DNA of 64,000 nt from Phyllosticta citribraziliensis (taxonomy: Eukaryota). Of this stretch, positions 49,929-62,000 are shown in pieces. Below the pieces are notes generated by a model that was not told the DNA's origin, ran no database searches, and was given only the letters and a program-made list of their open reading frames with translations. Made by a program: the position numbers and the translations under genes. Every line of letters starts with the position of its first letter. Position 1 is the first letter of the stretch. Where the stretch lies: NCBI RefSeq assembly GCF_038025025.1, contig NW_027117347.1, positions 1,240,001 through 1,304,000 of the forward strand. The letters run 5' to 3'.

Positions 49929-51485
49929 GAAAAGTATCTGGTTGTTTTGGACTGGGAGGCGGGGGAGACGTGCGGCAGGGAGAAGAGGGCGAGGAATGCA
50001 CATCAGTTCTTAGAGATGGCGCGTTGATGGCGCTGTCTTCCCCCCTTTCACCGTTTTGCCCTTTTTCTCTGCTCATTCTTTTCATCGAGCATCTGTGGTC
50101 GACACATGGTGTGGCTGCTTCTTGTTCTTCTCTGTTTTGTTGTTGCTGCCATTACTGCAGACGATGCGGTGCGGTAATGATGCAGCTTTTACTTGCTGCG
50201 GTGGAAGTTGATAATTGATATGTGCATCGCATCGTTTTGCCGCCGCTTGTCATTGTCGTCGTGGCTATTGAAGTCTTCGTTGGCTTCTTGCATCCTCTCG
50301 AGTTTTGTGGGTGCTTCATGGATTACGCGGAGGCTGGATGCTCCTTGCGGAGCGGCTGCTCTCTCTCTCCTCTCGTTTTGTCCTGTCGCTTCACTCAATC
50401 GCTGGTAGCCGGGCGACGATGACTCCCCTCTCAATAACCTGGCTGGCCCTCCAGAAGCGAGAGAGAGAGCGCGCGAACCTTGAGACTGGCCGAGCGGGCA
50501 GGCGGCCAAAGCTACATCATAAACCAAACCCGCCGGTTCCTCCAATAGCACAATGGTTCCTAAACCGGCCGGCAGTTGATCAAACGAGCTGGCATGTTCG
50601 GAGCTCAGGTCAGAGCAAGAGGACGAAGAGGTAGAAGAGAGGCAGGAGGGGAGTCCGGAGAGGAGACCGAACGCGTATATCCAAGGAGCATCGAATCGTT
50701 TTTCTAGTATACCTCGTCAACGTCAAGCCCGTAGATGTGCGTGCGAGCGAGCTCAGTGTTATCCTGGCTGACAGCAGGCAGTGTTAAAAAAACACCATCT
50801 CCCTATGTCCCAAAATATATCTATTTCCTCCAGCGTTGCAGACAGACAGACCGACCGACCGACGAATACATCCATACTACTCCTGCCGAGCTTCGCCGGC
50901 GACGAGACCATCAGGGCTTTTCTTTTCGTTCTTGGGAGAATTCACATCACGAAGGAGAGGAGCGGGCGAGTGGGTTCTCATCTGCCTCTGGGCGGGCCTA
51001 CGCCGTGATTGGATGGCGTGGGGTGCGTGTGAAATGAAGTGAATGTTGGCCAGGCGGGTTTTGCGTCGTGGTGGTGGTGTTTTGGTTTGCTGTTGCTGCA
51101 CCCGCGTGGTCCTCTTCCTCTCTACCACATCCTCTCTGCGCAACCAGGATCTCTTTGAACTTCTTGTCAAGCGCATCTCTAAAGCAAGAGTTCCTCAATA
51201 ACAGTCCTCGCCGACGTTCAACATTTGCCTCTTCATCGCCAGCATCGCCGCCGCCCACAACCTCTTCACAGACCCGGCGTTCTTTCGCACTGCGTCTCCA
51301 ACACCGCTCCAAAAGCTCAGACATTGTTCGAGTCTCTCTCTTGATCTTGGCTTCCACCGCTACACGTCTCCATCTTCGTCTCTTCGCACCGCCACGCGCC
51401 AGATCGAGTCGCTTTCGTGCTTTGAGCTTTCAACCGCAACACACTTCAACCTCTTGGACTTTTTTCTTCTTGCACCTTACCAAAA

Positions 51486-53045
51486 ATGCCTTTCATCATG
51501 GTGTGTTTCCTCTCGAATTCCTCAATCTCAAATGTTCGTGTCTCGCTAACATCCTTCCAGCGCCTCGGTGTCCAGACTTTGAGCGCCGTCGCCGCGCTGC
51601 AGGGTCGTGCTCCGCGTGCCCCGAACACGCCAAACTTGTTCACCATGATCCCGATTGCGACAACTCTGCCGGAAACCACCACCGCGGATTCGAGTGCGGG
51701 TGGCATTGATGGGCCTGCGACGACCTTTGCAGAAATCCCAGCGATGACGACGAGCTCGGGTGCCGCCAGGACGACATACAACAATGTTGTCGACACAGAG
51801 CCAGGTTCGCAGGCCGGCATGGACAACACCCTGGCTGCGACCTCGACCTTGTTCGGCGGTTGGGATGGCACTGCGGCGACGGGTGGATCTGCCAACAGCC
51901 CCTACGAGTCTGGTATTGACAATCCCGAGACGACAACCACCACCTGGGGCACGACCTCCTCGCCCACGCCCTTGTCGATTGAGCCCATCACGGTCTCGAT
52001 CATGGTACCTACGACCGAAGTCAGCCAAGAAACGGTGACGAAGATCTCGGCGGTTGTCTCCACGTTCTTGACGCACGAAACGTTGATCTTGACCTCTGCG
52101 CTCCTGTCGACCATCTTCAGCCAGGAGACCACCACAATTGTGGCAGAGCGCACGACACAAGTCACGGCGGATGGTCAGCTCACCACCCAAATCGTCGAGT
52201 ACACCACCACAGCCGTCGAGGAGCATACGTCAGTCGCCAGCAAACTCGACACCACTACTGCGGTTGTTCAGCAGACCATCCAGCGCACCGAAACGAAGGG
52301 TATCGATCACACGGCAACGAGCGAGAAAGTCCTCACTCAGACCGCTGTCGTCACTGAGCATGGCAAGACTGAGCTTTCCACGTTCCTGACGACAATTAGC
52401 GCTTCGCAAAGCATCGCTTCCGTCCCCACCAACGGCTCTGCTCCTCGGCCGCCGCCGCCGTCCGGCCACAACGCGGGCCTCATCGCCGGTGTCAGCATCG
52501 GGGCCTTCGTCCTCGTCAGTCTTTTGTTCGCTGGCATCTTCTTCTTGCACCGCCGTCGTAAAGCCATGAACGAGGCAAAGGATGCAGAGCTGGACAATCT
52601 GACCTGGCATGGCGCCGCGATGAACTTGCTGCCGACAAGTCTGCACATCGGCCACAAACGCAATGCCGACAATGACAACAAGCGCACCCGCGGGCGCAGG
52701 CCACGCTCCGTCAACGACCTCCACAGCGCTATGCGCCACTGCCGCGGACCTTCGCCGTCACCGGCGCCGCAGCTCCCTACGCAGGTCGAGGAGCCGGAAC
52801 ATGATGTCGAGGCTCTCGTCACTCCTCGCTCCTCGCCGCGCAAAACCAACACCAGCACCAGGCCACAAAGCTCTTCATCGAACCATTCGCTGACCGACGC
52901 GGGCAACAAGCAGCTCGTTCGCTCGCCGAGCACAGAGGGTCGAGCAGGCCATGCCGCGCAGGTGATCCGCGAATTGGCGAGGGAAGAGCTCGTGAAGGAG
53001 ATGCGCCAAAGGCAGGCATATTTGGTATTGAGGAAGGAAAGGTGA
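51486..53045 (+). CDS. Thr-rich mucin-like type I membrane protein, paralogue A
   Basis: Exon 1 51486-51500 (MPFIM); 60-nt intron GTGTGT..GCTAAC..CCAG (51501-51560). T-rich ectodomain, TM NAGLIAGVSIGAFVLVSLLFAGIFFL followed by HRRRK, then a cytoplasmic tail. Confidence 0.8.
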   Translation: MPFIMVCFLSNSSISNVRVSLTSFQRLGVQTLSAVAALQGRAPRAPNTPNLFTMIPIATTLPETTTADSSAGGIDGPATTFAEIPAMTTSSGAARTTYNNVVDTEPGSQAGMDNTLAATSTLFGGWDGTAATGGSANSPYESGIDNPETTTTTWGTTSSPTPLSIEPITVSIMVPTTEVSQETVTKISAVVSTFLTHETLILTSALLSTIFSQETTTIVAERTTQVTADGQLTTQIVEYTTTAVEEHTSVASKLDTTTAVVQQTIQRTETKGIDHTATSEKVLTQTAVVTEHGKTELSTFLTTISASQSIASVPTNGSAPRPPPPSGHNAGLIAGVSIGAFVLVSLLFAGIFFLHRRRKAMNEAKDAELDNLTWHGAAMNLLPTSLHIGHKRNADNDNKRTRGRRPRSVNDLHSAMRHCRGPSPSPAPQLPTQVEEPEHDVEALVTPRSSPRKTNTSTRPQSSSSNHSLTDAGNKQLVRSPSTEGRAGHAAQVIRELAREELVKEMRQRQAYLVLRKER

Positions 53046-53845
53046 CGGATTTGAGCGAGATTGTATTCTACACCCTTCGATATTGGAATCGGCTTTGGGT
53101 GCAATTGTTGTGGGCAAAAGTTCTGGGTTTAGTTGGGTAATGGGAATTGGTAGAGTAATTGGATTGGAAGTATAGAGGACTTGGAAGTAATAGAGGGTTG
53201 GTTTAAGCAAATAATGCTCTGAATCTTGAAGGTCGATGTCGCTAAGCTTCAGTGACAGTGCTGAATATGCGTCGACATCGTTGGTGTCGAAGCGACGAAC
53301 ACTTCTAAATGCTTGGAATAAAGGGCATTACTATCATTACCCATGGATCCCTTGAGGCACATACAGAGGATTGGATGATGGCTTTTCGCTGAGGGGATCA
53401 GGGAAGACTTGTGCATCTCTAAGTGGTGGGTTAGCTTGAGAAGCATCTGACCCCTGAGAGCCAACCCCAGAGCGAGGATCCACATACCAGGGCACCGTAG
53501 ACACAAGGAGCATCTATCTCCAACACTAAAGAAGTAGAGATGTAAGCTGTTTTCTCCAAAGAGAAGCAGTTCTCAAGGAGAGGTGTGGTGAAGGAGTATT
53601 CGTCCCCAACCTACCCAGGGCCACGAGGGGCAGCATCACTGCGCTCCTACCCATCAGGGCCCTCGCAAATCCGGAGCTGCGAGAAGTGAAGGTGCCGAAT
53701 AGCCCATCCGGCATGTGGTACTGGCAGTGGTCGAGTTTCGCGCGCCCGCCCCGCGAAAGTCGACCGCGCTCAGTGCACTCCGGCTCATAAGCTCTTCCAG
53801 CTCCTCCGTCGTCACCACCACCCTCCATCCGCGCTCCTCAACGCC

Positions 53846-55353
53846 ATGGACTCCCTCAGAGTGAGTCTCCCCTCAAGGGCCAAGATTTGTCGCGTGGATC
53901 AAGCGCTAACGAGATCCAACAGGTCTCCCTTGGCCTGCTCATGGCCCTTTTGTTCTCCGGCCTCGTGGGCGGTTTGGCCACGCAGCAGCAGCAGCAGCAG
54001 TCGAATGCTCCCAGTGCGCTGCAGATGGACGCTCACCACGTCCATACGCCTGCGGTGGGCCCTTGGGCCGCCGCCAACACGCCGAAGATGGGTGAGGTGC
54101 CCGTGGGGACGCCATTCCCCATCAAGATCTCGTACCCTCTCCACCCCGTCCCCACGGCGCGCACCTCCTCCCGCTCCTCCAACTCCACCACCTCCACCAC
54201 CTCCACCCCCGCCGACGCCGACATCACCGTGTTGGCTCTCTCGCCCTCCAAGATGTCTTCGGTGACGTTCATCTCTGAGCGCACCATCCTCTCCCCGGCG
54301 GTGGCCACATTCACGCTTGTCGTCGACAAGACCACCACGGTCACCAGAGACGGCAAAACAAAGGCCAAGATTACGCCCTCCAAGATCACGATCACTGAGC
54401 CGTACACGGCGACCTTGTACCAAAAGCTGACGGTGACTTCTATCAAGAAGCACACGACGACGGCTGTGGCCGACCACACCATCACCCAGGTCTACGACCG
54501 CACCACGACCGCCCCCATTGGCAGCATGCACAGCGCCATCAGCTCCGCCGGCGACTACACGAGGACCTTGACCTTGGCATCCACCATCGAGGTGTCACCC
54601 AGCCCTGTGCTCTCTTCATCGACTGCTGCTTCCTCTACCGCCTCGAACAGCGACCACCATGTGAACGCGGGCCTCATCGTTGGCATTTGCCTGGGCGTGT
54701 CCTGCTTCTTCGTCGTCCTCATCGCTTTCTTCTGGTTCTTGGTGCGTCGCCGCCGCCGCAACCAGCTGGTCAAGGACCACGAGCTGGACACCGCCACTTG
54801 GACGGGTGCTGCCATGACCCTCGTCTCCAGCCGCGATTCGAAGCTGGGTGAGAAGGCCGACGGTACCTCCACGAATGCGCAAGCACATCACGAGTCTGCT
54901 CCGAACCCCAACCCAGGCCCTCGCACCGTCGACGACCTACACTCTGCGTCCACCCCGCGTCGCCACTCTATGCCAGCCCAGCCCAGCTACCGCAAGCCGC
55001 TGCCCACGCCTCTCGAGCTCAAAGACGACGACGAAGAAAACCCATTCCTGTCAGACGAAGAGAGAGCCGCCCGCAGCCCCATCAAGAGCGCCGCCGCAGT
55101 CCCCAGGCCCACGAGTCTTCCGCCCGCCCAGCCCGCCGTTGTCGTCAACGACGAGGAAGAGCAGGCTCGCAAGGCCCTGGCTCGCCAGATGAGCGTCGAG
55201 CTCCGACGCACCGCGACCTTCGCCAACATGATGGAGCAGCAAGAAAGGGAGTTGCAGAAGGCCCGCGAGTGGCTCGACAGGATGGAACGGGAGCGCGAGG
55301 AGCGCAAGCTGCGCGAGAGGCCCATGTCCCTTTGCAGCTCGCTCGATGAGTGA
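53846..55353 (+). CDS. Thr-rich mucin-like type I membrane protein, paralogue B
   Basis: Exon 1 53846-53860 (MDSLR); 62-nt intron GTGAGT..GCTAAC..ACAG (53861-53922). Signal peptide VSLGLLMALLFSGLVGGLA, T-rich ectodomain, TM NAGLIVGICLGVSCFFVVLIAFFWFLV followed by RRRRR, C-terminal coiled coil. Confidence 0.83.
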
Positions 55354-56004
55354 TTCAGAAGGCTGCTCGACGCGTTGCGGTGCGCCACTTGCATGCAATC
55401 GTTGACGGCTTGCGCGGCACCCGTCACAACACCCTCTTCACTCTTCCCCCGCAAGGAATTTTGTACAATGCAGCACACTTTGAGATACCCCAACAAGCAG
55501 GGCGCGTCCTGACATCCTGTTCGCCAGCCGCTTTCGCCACTTACGCTCTCGCGGTCGATCGCCCTACTTTGCTTCGCCCTGGAGGAGCATGAACGAGAAT
55601 GGAACGTGGCAGACAGGCAGGCATACTGATCAGGGAGTTTGAGAGACATTGAGGAATTGAATCGAATGGAAATCAGGAACTCGAAATGGGAAGGGTTTGA
55701 TTGGGTGCGATGGACAGTTTGAAGTTGACGATAGACCAGAATGGAGACATTTGAAGACTTGAAGCAACACAACGTGCGGACCGTGACACAAGACATACAG
55801 CCCATAAATCGAATAAATCCAAGGAAGGATGAGTGACGCGTGACTGAAATGCAAGACTTTTGTGTGTCTAGACTAAGAGATGCCCAACAACATGCATACT
55901 TTTGATGACCCCATGGAACAACGGAAACAAGAGACGTGCAAAGAGACCCCACAACACCGCAAACACCATCTGTGCAAATAAGAACTCTAAAAGACGCCTC
56001 AGAC

Positions 56005-59000
56005 TCACCATCCCCTCCTCATACTTCTCTGGTCCCACCCCTTCTCCTTCTTCCTTTCCCTCTCCCTCTCATGTCTACGCCTCTTCTTCTGCAGTGCCCG
56101 CTCGGGCTCTGCAACAGCCTCAACGCGTCGCTTAGCCCTTCTGCCTTCGCGCCTACTGACAACGCCTTCCCTGACAACGCCCATGACCTTGACGAAAGCG
56201 CCAGCACCGATTTTCTTCTGCACGAGGGAGACTACCTCGCTCGCCGACGCGACGAGCGCCTTGTGCGCCTCTGCGTAGCTGTCGGCTGCCGACGTGGTGA
56301 GCGCGTGGTGCGACGAGGCGACGGGCTGTGGCGCCGACGGATCTGTCAGGACATGCAGCGGGTGCAGCAGGATGGGGAGTTGCGGTTCGTAAGCTGAGAG
56401 CGGTAGGTGCGAGATGAGGGCCGCGAGGAGCGTGAGCGCGGCGTGCTTGGGGACGAGAGAAGCTGGGGTGCGCGCTTGGCCGTGGAGGGAGGGCGACTGG
56501 CGGCGCAACAGCTGCGAGAGACGGTGCAGGAGGTGCGATAGTGCGGTTGGGAGGGCAGTAGAGTCGGTGGTGGATGCTTGCTTCTTGGCAATCTCTGTGG
56601 CCACGGCGTCGGCTTCTTCGTCTTCGGCTTCAGAGGCTGACGAGGCGTCGTCCTCGTCGTCACCTTGCTTCGGTGTCGTCTTCGAATTCTTGGGTTGGTA
56701 GGGGAGGTTGTTTACGCCGAAGCAGCGTCCTAGGAAGACCAGGTTGCGCACGACTTGAGTTGCCAACTCCTCGCCGATTCCCGGGACTCTGAGCATGCGC
56801 ATGTGTGCGCTCAGCAAGTCGAGCATGTCGGCCCCAGTGAGCTCGAGACCGCTTGAGCCAACAAGTGGAACGCTCTGGAGGCCATTGTCTTTGTTGAAGC
56901 TGGCAAAGTCGGAAAAGTACAGCCCGATGAGCCTAGCAGCCGTAATCTTGACCCAGGCGTGTGGGAAGACGAGACATTTCTTGACGAGGTCCCAGAGCTC
57001 TTTCTTGTCTGCGGCAAAGGCTGTGGTAGGAGAGACCTGGGAGATTTTGGCAAAGCACTGCAAACTGTAGTAGAGCAGCTCCCAGTCGGCTTCATCTTCC
57101 TGCACTTGCGCCTCTTCCATGATGGGGGGCAAATGCTTGAGGAGGTATTTGGTGTCCTTCGGCTGCTTCTCTTCGTGAACGTCGAGGAAGAGCGTGTAGC
57201 ACTGGATTCCCAGTCTCCTCTTGAGCGCGACGTCGTCCTGCTCGATCCACGCCCTCAACATGCCGGTGAACCTCTTCGACCTATCTGTGTCGGCCCTCTC
57301 AAATACCTTCTTGATCAAGAGGCCCGCCATTTCCCTGCACTCCTTGTCGTCGTCGTTGACGAGTCGCAGAACCAAGGGGGCAAATACGTTTTCGGCCACT
57401 TCTTGCACAAGCTCGTCTCCGACCTTGCTTAGCAAAAGGTGAATCGCTTCCATGACACTTGACCTTCCCTCCTTGTGCTTGTAGTCCAGATTCTTGACCA
57501 AAAAGGCCATTTGTTTGGCGAGGCGATCTTTAGTCTGAGGGTACTCCATCAAAAACTGAAAGTAGACACCACGAGCCAAGTCTCTTGCGGTGCGAGTCTG
57601 ATTAGTCACCATGACCGTGGCGACAATGTCCAGAATCTCGTACACCTCGGCAATGACAATTTTCCGTCCTATCACAGCCTTGAGGAAATTGAACGAGACA
57701 CCTTGTCGATCAGGCTCCTCCAGGTCGTCCTTGATGCGTTTGAGGATGTACGCAATGTCCTTGTCACGGACACTGACAGTCTTCTTCTCGCGCAAGACGG
57801 CGGATATCAGTTTGAGACAAGCTTGTGCGAGCTCTGTATTGGTGTCCTTTTCGCTCTTGATGATACGCACCGCTTCGGCAACGTAGATTGGTGCGTCCTT
57901 TTCGATGCGATCCAGTGGTACCTTGATTATGCTTCCCAGGAGTCGAACTGCGCTCATTTGGATTTCTTCTTGCCCACTCACAATTGCGTCTCCAATGACC
58001 GGCATGAAGCCTGCAAGGTTACCCGGCGTGGCAAGGTGGTCATGCTTGTTCAAGACGGCGCGGAGCACGTCGAGAGAGAAACGAATGAGCTTGTGGATCT
58101 GTGAAGTCGTTTTTCCGCGATTTGGATCCTTGTTCGCATGCTTCATATTGATAAGGTAGCGCTTCGTGCGGGGATCTTCAACGTCCTTTCTCTTGTTGGC
58201 CTCTGCGTCTTTGCTCTTGTAAACGTCCTGGATCAACTGGTAGCAAAACACGAGAATTTGTCGATCGTGTATCGCGGCGTTGTGCATTATTCCGAGGCCG
58301 ACTCGGCGCAAAAGCTCGTCAACCTTCTTGACCAATTTGAGGTCAACCTTCTCGAGGAGCAGAGACCGCACGGGGGTAAGGAGATCAATGAACCGAGGAA
58401 TCGTCGTGGTCTTGGCGACGAGTTCGATGGAGTCAAAACTCTTGCTGCTTTTGACCTCCTTCATTTTGCTGATGTATTCCTCTGCATCTTTCTCTTGGCC
58501 AGTCACGCCAAAAATGTCGTCCATGACGACCGAGACAACTTCGTTGAGGCAGTAGTCCAGTTGCCCCGGCTTGAAGGTGGGCGTCATCGAGACAAGGATG
58601 GAGTGGACAGTAAATGAAAGAACGTGCAGTTGGTATCCGCGTTGGAGTGCAGTTCGGAGAGCTTTGAGGAGAAAGCCAAAGTACTCTGGTCCAATCAAGG
58701 CAGAAATCTCCGCCAGAGTCTTTCTTGTCATGTCGCGAGCCTGCTGGTCTTTACTGCGCAAGATGGCACAAACGTCCATGAGGACGGGGGGCAGACGCTC
58801 GGAAAACTCCTCGGTACGCAGCAGGCGGAGGAGCTTGACAATGATGACTGCCACTGGGACACGAAGACTGACTGTTGAGTCATCCTTGTGATGGATGAAG
58901 GATGTCAACGGGGGAATGAGATTTTTGATGAGGTCGTCTGAGAGCTTCTCTTGTCGAGGCATTGTCCGAGCTAGCCCGGGCAGCGCTGCCTTGTTCGTCT

Positions 59001-62000
59001 CATCGGCGTCGTTGCTTTTGGCATCCGCCATCTCCTCGTCTTCGCCGCCTGTTTCTCCGGGTTTGAAATCAGATATCAGACCCTTGGCTTTGGCTGCGTT
59101 CTGCAGAGCATCGATGACGGCTCCAAGCAGCTTGATCGTACTCTTATCCATCTCGAGCTGGCTGTATCTCCGCAGCACAGCGCGATACTGTTGCCAATCA
59201 AGCGAGAGAGCCAATGAGCCGACAGCGGCGGTCGACTCGCCTGCAAGGTTGCTCGCGCCACTATCATCGTCCGCCTTGTCAAATATAAAGTGCTCGATCA
59301 ACGGGATGAAAATGTGCGAAATGTTGGTGCCTGACAACTTGCTTGCCTCACTTGCCAGTCGACGGAGCGCGCGCAAACGGCGGTGCTGTTGAATGTGGAG
59401 GATGTTGCTGAAGAAAGAAGCCTCATCGTCGTCATCGACAAGGAGGATGTGCATATCGCTGACGACCGGCCACGACGGGAATAGCCGCACAATCTGCGCC
59501 AGCACAGACAGGTACTCGGTGCGAACAAGCTCGGACTTTTCACGGACTCCGTTGTGGATGCCAGGGATGATTGCTGAACTGATGAGCTTTTGGAAGGCTT
59601 CTTGGTGCGAGCTGTCCTTGTTGGCCGCGGCCTCGATGAACCGACGAAGACCATATGATGCGTTCATGCGAAGGACGAGCTCCTCCTGCTCTTTAATGTA
59701 GAACAACATGTTGTACACAAGCGGCAGCCATTGCTTGACGCTCAATGAGCTGTACAGCTCCTCATTGACGCGGAGGAACGCCTTGCTCCTTCGGTCAAAA
59801 TCAGGCTCATCCAGCCTACTTGGTGCAAAGGCATTCAGGTCGCTTGCGAGCTGAGCAATCTCGACCAAATCCGAGTCAGCCTGGGCGAGATCTCCGAGGA
59901 TGGCGGCAAGAAGTTCTCGACTCCGTCTGTCTTGGAAGTAGCCGAAAAGAGAAGAGACACTTTCAAAGATTCTGCGGAGCAAGTCGTTGTCCTTGGTCAG
60001 ACTGATCTGTGGGATAAAGTGGTGCAAGATGTTGAGAATGTCGCTCTTCGTCCTTGGATTAACTCTCCTTGTCGGCTGTTGCAGCAGGAAGAGCGAAATT
60101 TCAACGATGGATTTGCACTCGGCGGCTCCGCCAATGAATGGCGCCAGACGAGAGACTGTCTGTACACCAACGTCCAGAAGCTCCTTCGAAGGACTCTTTT
60201 GAAGCTCTCCTCCAATAGCACCGAGGAAAATACCCGAGTTTGGCTGCAGGATCTTCTCCTGCACATAACCAGGACTGCCTTCCGTGGGCTTGTCGACATC
60301 CATGGCATCACCTTCGGCGATGGCAATGATGTTTTGAATAATCTCGCGCAAAACGAAGAGCTTCACTTCTTCTTTGGCAAAACTGACCTCAAGACAATTG
60401 GCCACAATGTTGAGAATGCCCTCATTGAACTTGACAAGGAAAGCCACAGTCAAGTAGGACTTACTCCAAGCTGAGAACAGCCGAAGGATACCGGACACCG
60501 ATTGCGCAGTTTCCACGGGAAGCTTTTCCAATCGAGGCTCGACGAGTTCGCTGAGAATGGATGGAATGTATGCACTCCATGTTGGGAATTCTGGACAGTA
60601 GTTGAAGAGCGCATTCAGACAGTGGAAGCCAACTTGTCTGATGGACGTCAGCAGCGACAATCCAGAATTCTCCTTTTTGTCGGACTGAATCGCAGCGATT
60701 TCGCGAGAGGCCTTGACTAGACAGTAGAGGACTGGATCGACCAGCTGCGCGGTGAATGGCGCAAGTTGCGTGCCAAGCGTGTCCAACATATCCTCCAACA
60801 TGTTGAGCATACCAAACTGCTTGCGCGAATCCAGAAGATCCTTGGACAGTACTTCTTCATCCAGACCATCGCGGTTGATCAAAGAGAGCCCAGAAAGGGA
60901 GCCCAAAGCGATGTCGAGGAATTGCCGGATTTCGTTGTCGCCAAATTTGAACAGAGCAATGAAGACGGCCTTTCTTCGAGACTCTTGGCCGCGCTTCCCG
61001 CTCGAAGACCCAGCCCGAGCAATTACCCGGCCATAGAGCATGCGCAAAATGACTGGCATCAGATCCGCGCGGTCTTCCTCTTGCATCTGGGAATCTTCTT
61101 GGTCGGTGTCTAGGAACACGGAGATTTGCTCTCTGAATCTTGCTTCATCGAGGATGTTCATGAGGTTTTCTTCGTAGCGGTTGATGCTTTGGTTCTTCCA
61201 GGTAAGAATTGCTCGCAAGGCTGATTTTTGAATCTCGACATCGCCGTTTGCCAAGAGCGTCAGGAGCGACGAGTAGACATTGGCTGACTTGTAAAGGACT
61301 TTGGGGTTATTGAACTTGGCAAAGATACCCAGCAGGGATTTTTGGTCCTTCCTCGCCCAACGCTGCTGCTCAGCATCCTGCTCAACCGACTCAGGTTGCT
61401 CGGGCGGTGTGATTTCGAATGTGTCAGAACCGACGGCCCAAGTCAAGAGAATGGGAACCAGTTGTCTTGATTTTTTCTCCGCGACCTGCGGAATATGTGC
61501 CAAAACTCTCAAAGCCTGCGATCGGCTAGAGCTTGTGATGTACTCGACCCGCTTGTGATCCAACAGAAACTTGGAGCGAAGCTGTTCGGCGGCGTTTTCC
61601 AGTAGATCCGTGGTTTTGGAGGCCAAGTCATTCAACCAGAGGAGATTGTGGCACTCAAATTCGTTGGTAGCGGGAGCCGAGCTGCTTTCATCGGCGGACA
61701 ACGACGACGATTCAGGGTCTTCTACCACTGGGACTGCCTCGATCATCTTGAAAGCCAAGCTGGAAACTATGTCCTCGCCCTCTTTGGTTTCGCAAATCTC
61801 CTTCAACGCGTTGCAAGAATCTTCCCAGACTTGCGTGAAGTTGACGTATAGCAGGCCGAAACAGTAAGTTGGTACAGCTCGAGCCAAGACGGGATCAGAC
61901 GAGCTGTTCTTGTAAGCCATGGCCAGACGACGGATATTCATGGAAACGTTGCGAGCGGTTTCGATGTTGAGCGGCATGCTCTCGATCAGGATGGCGATTG

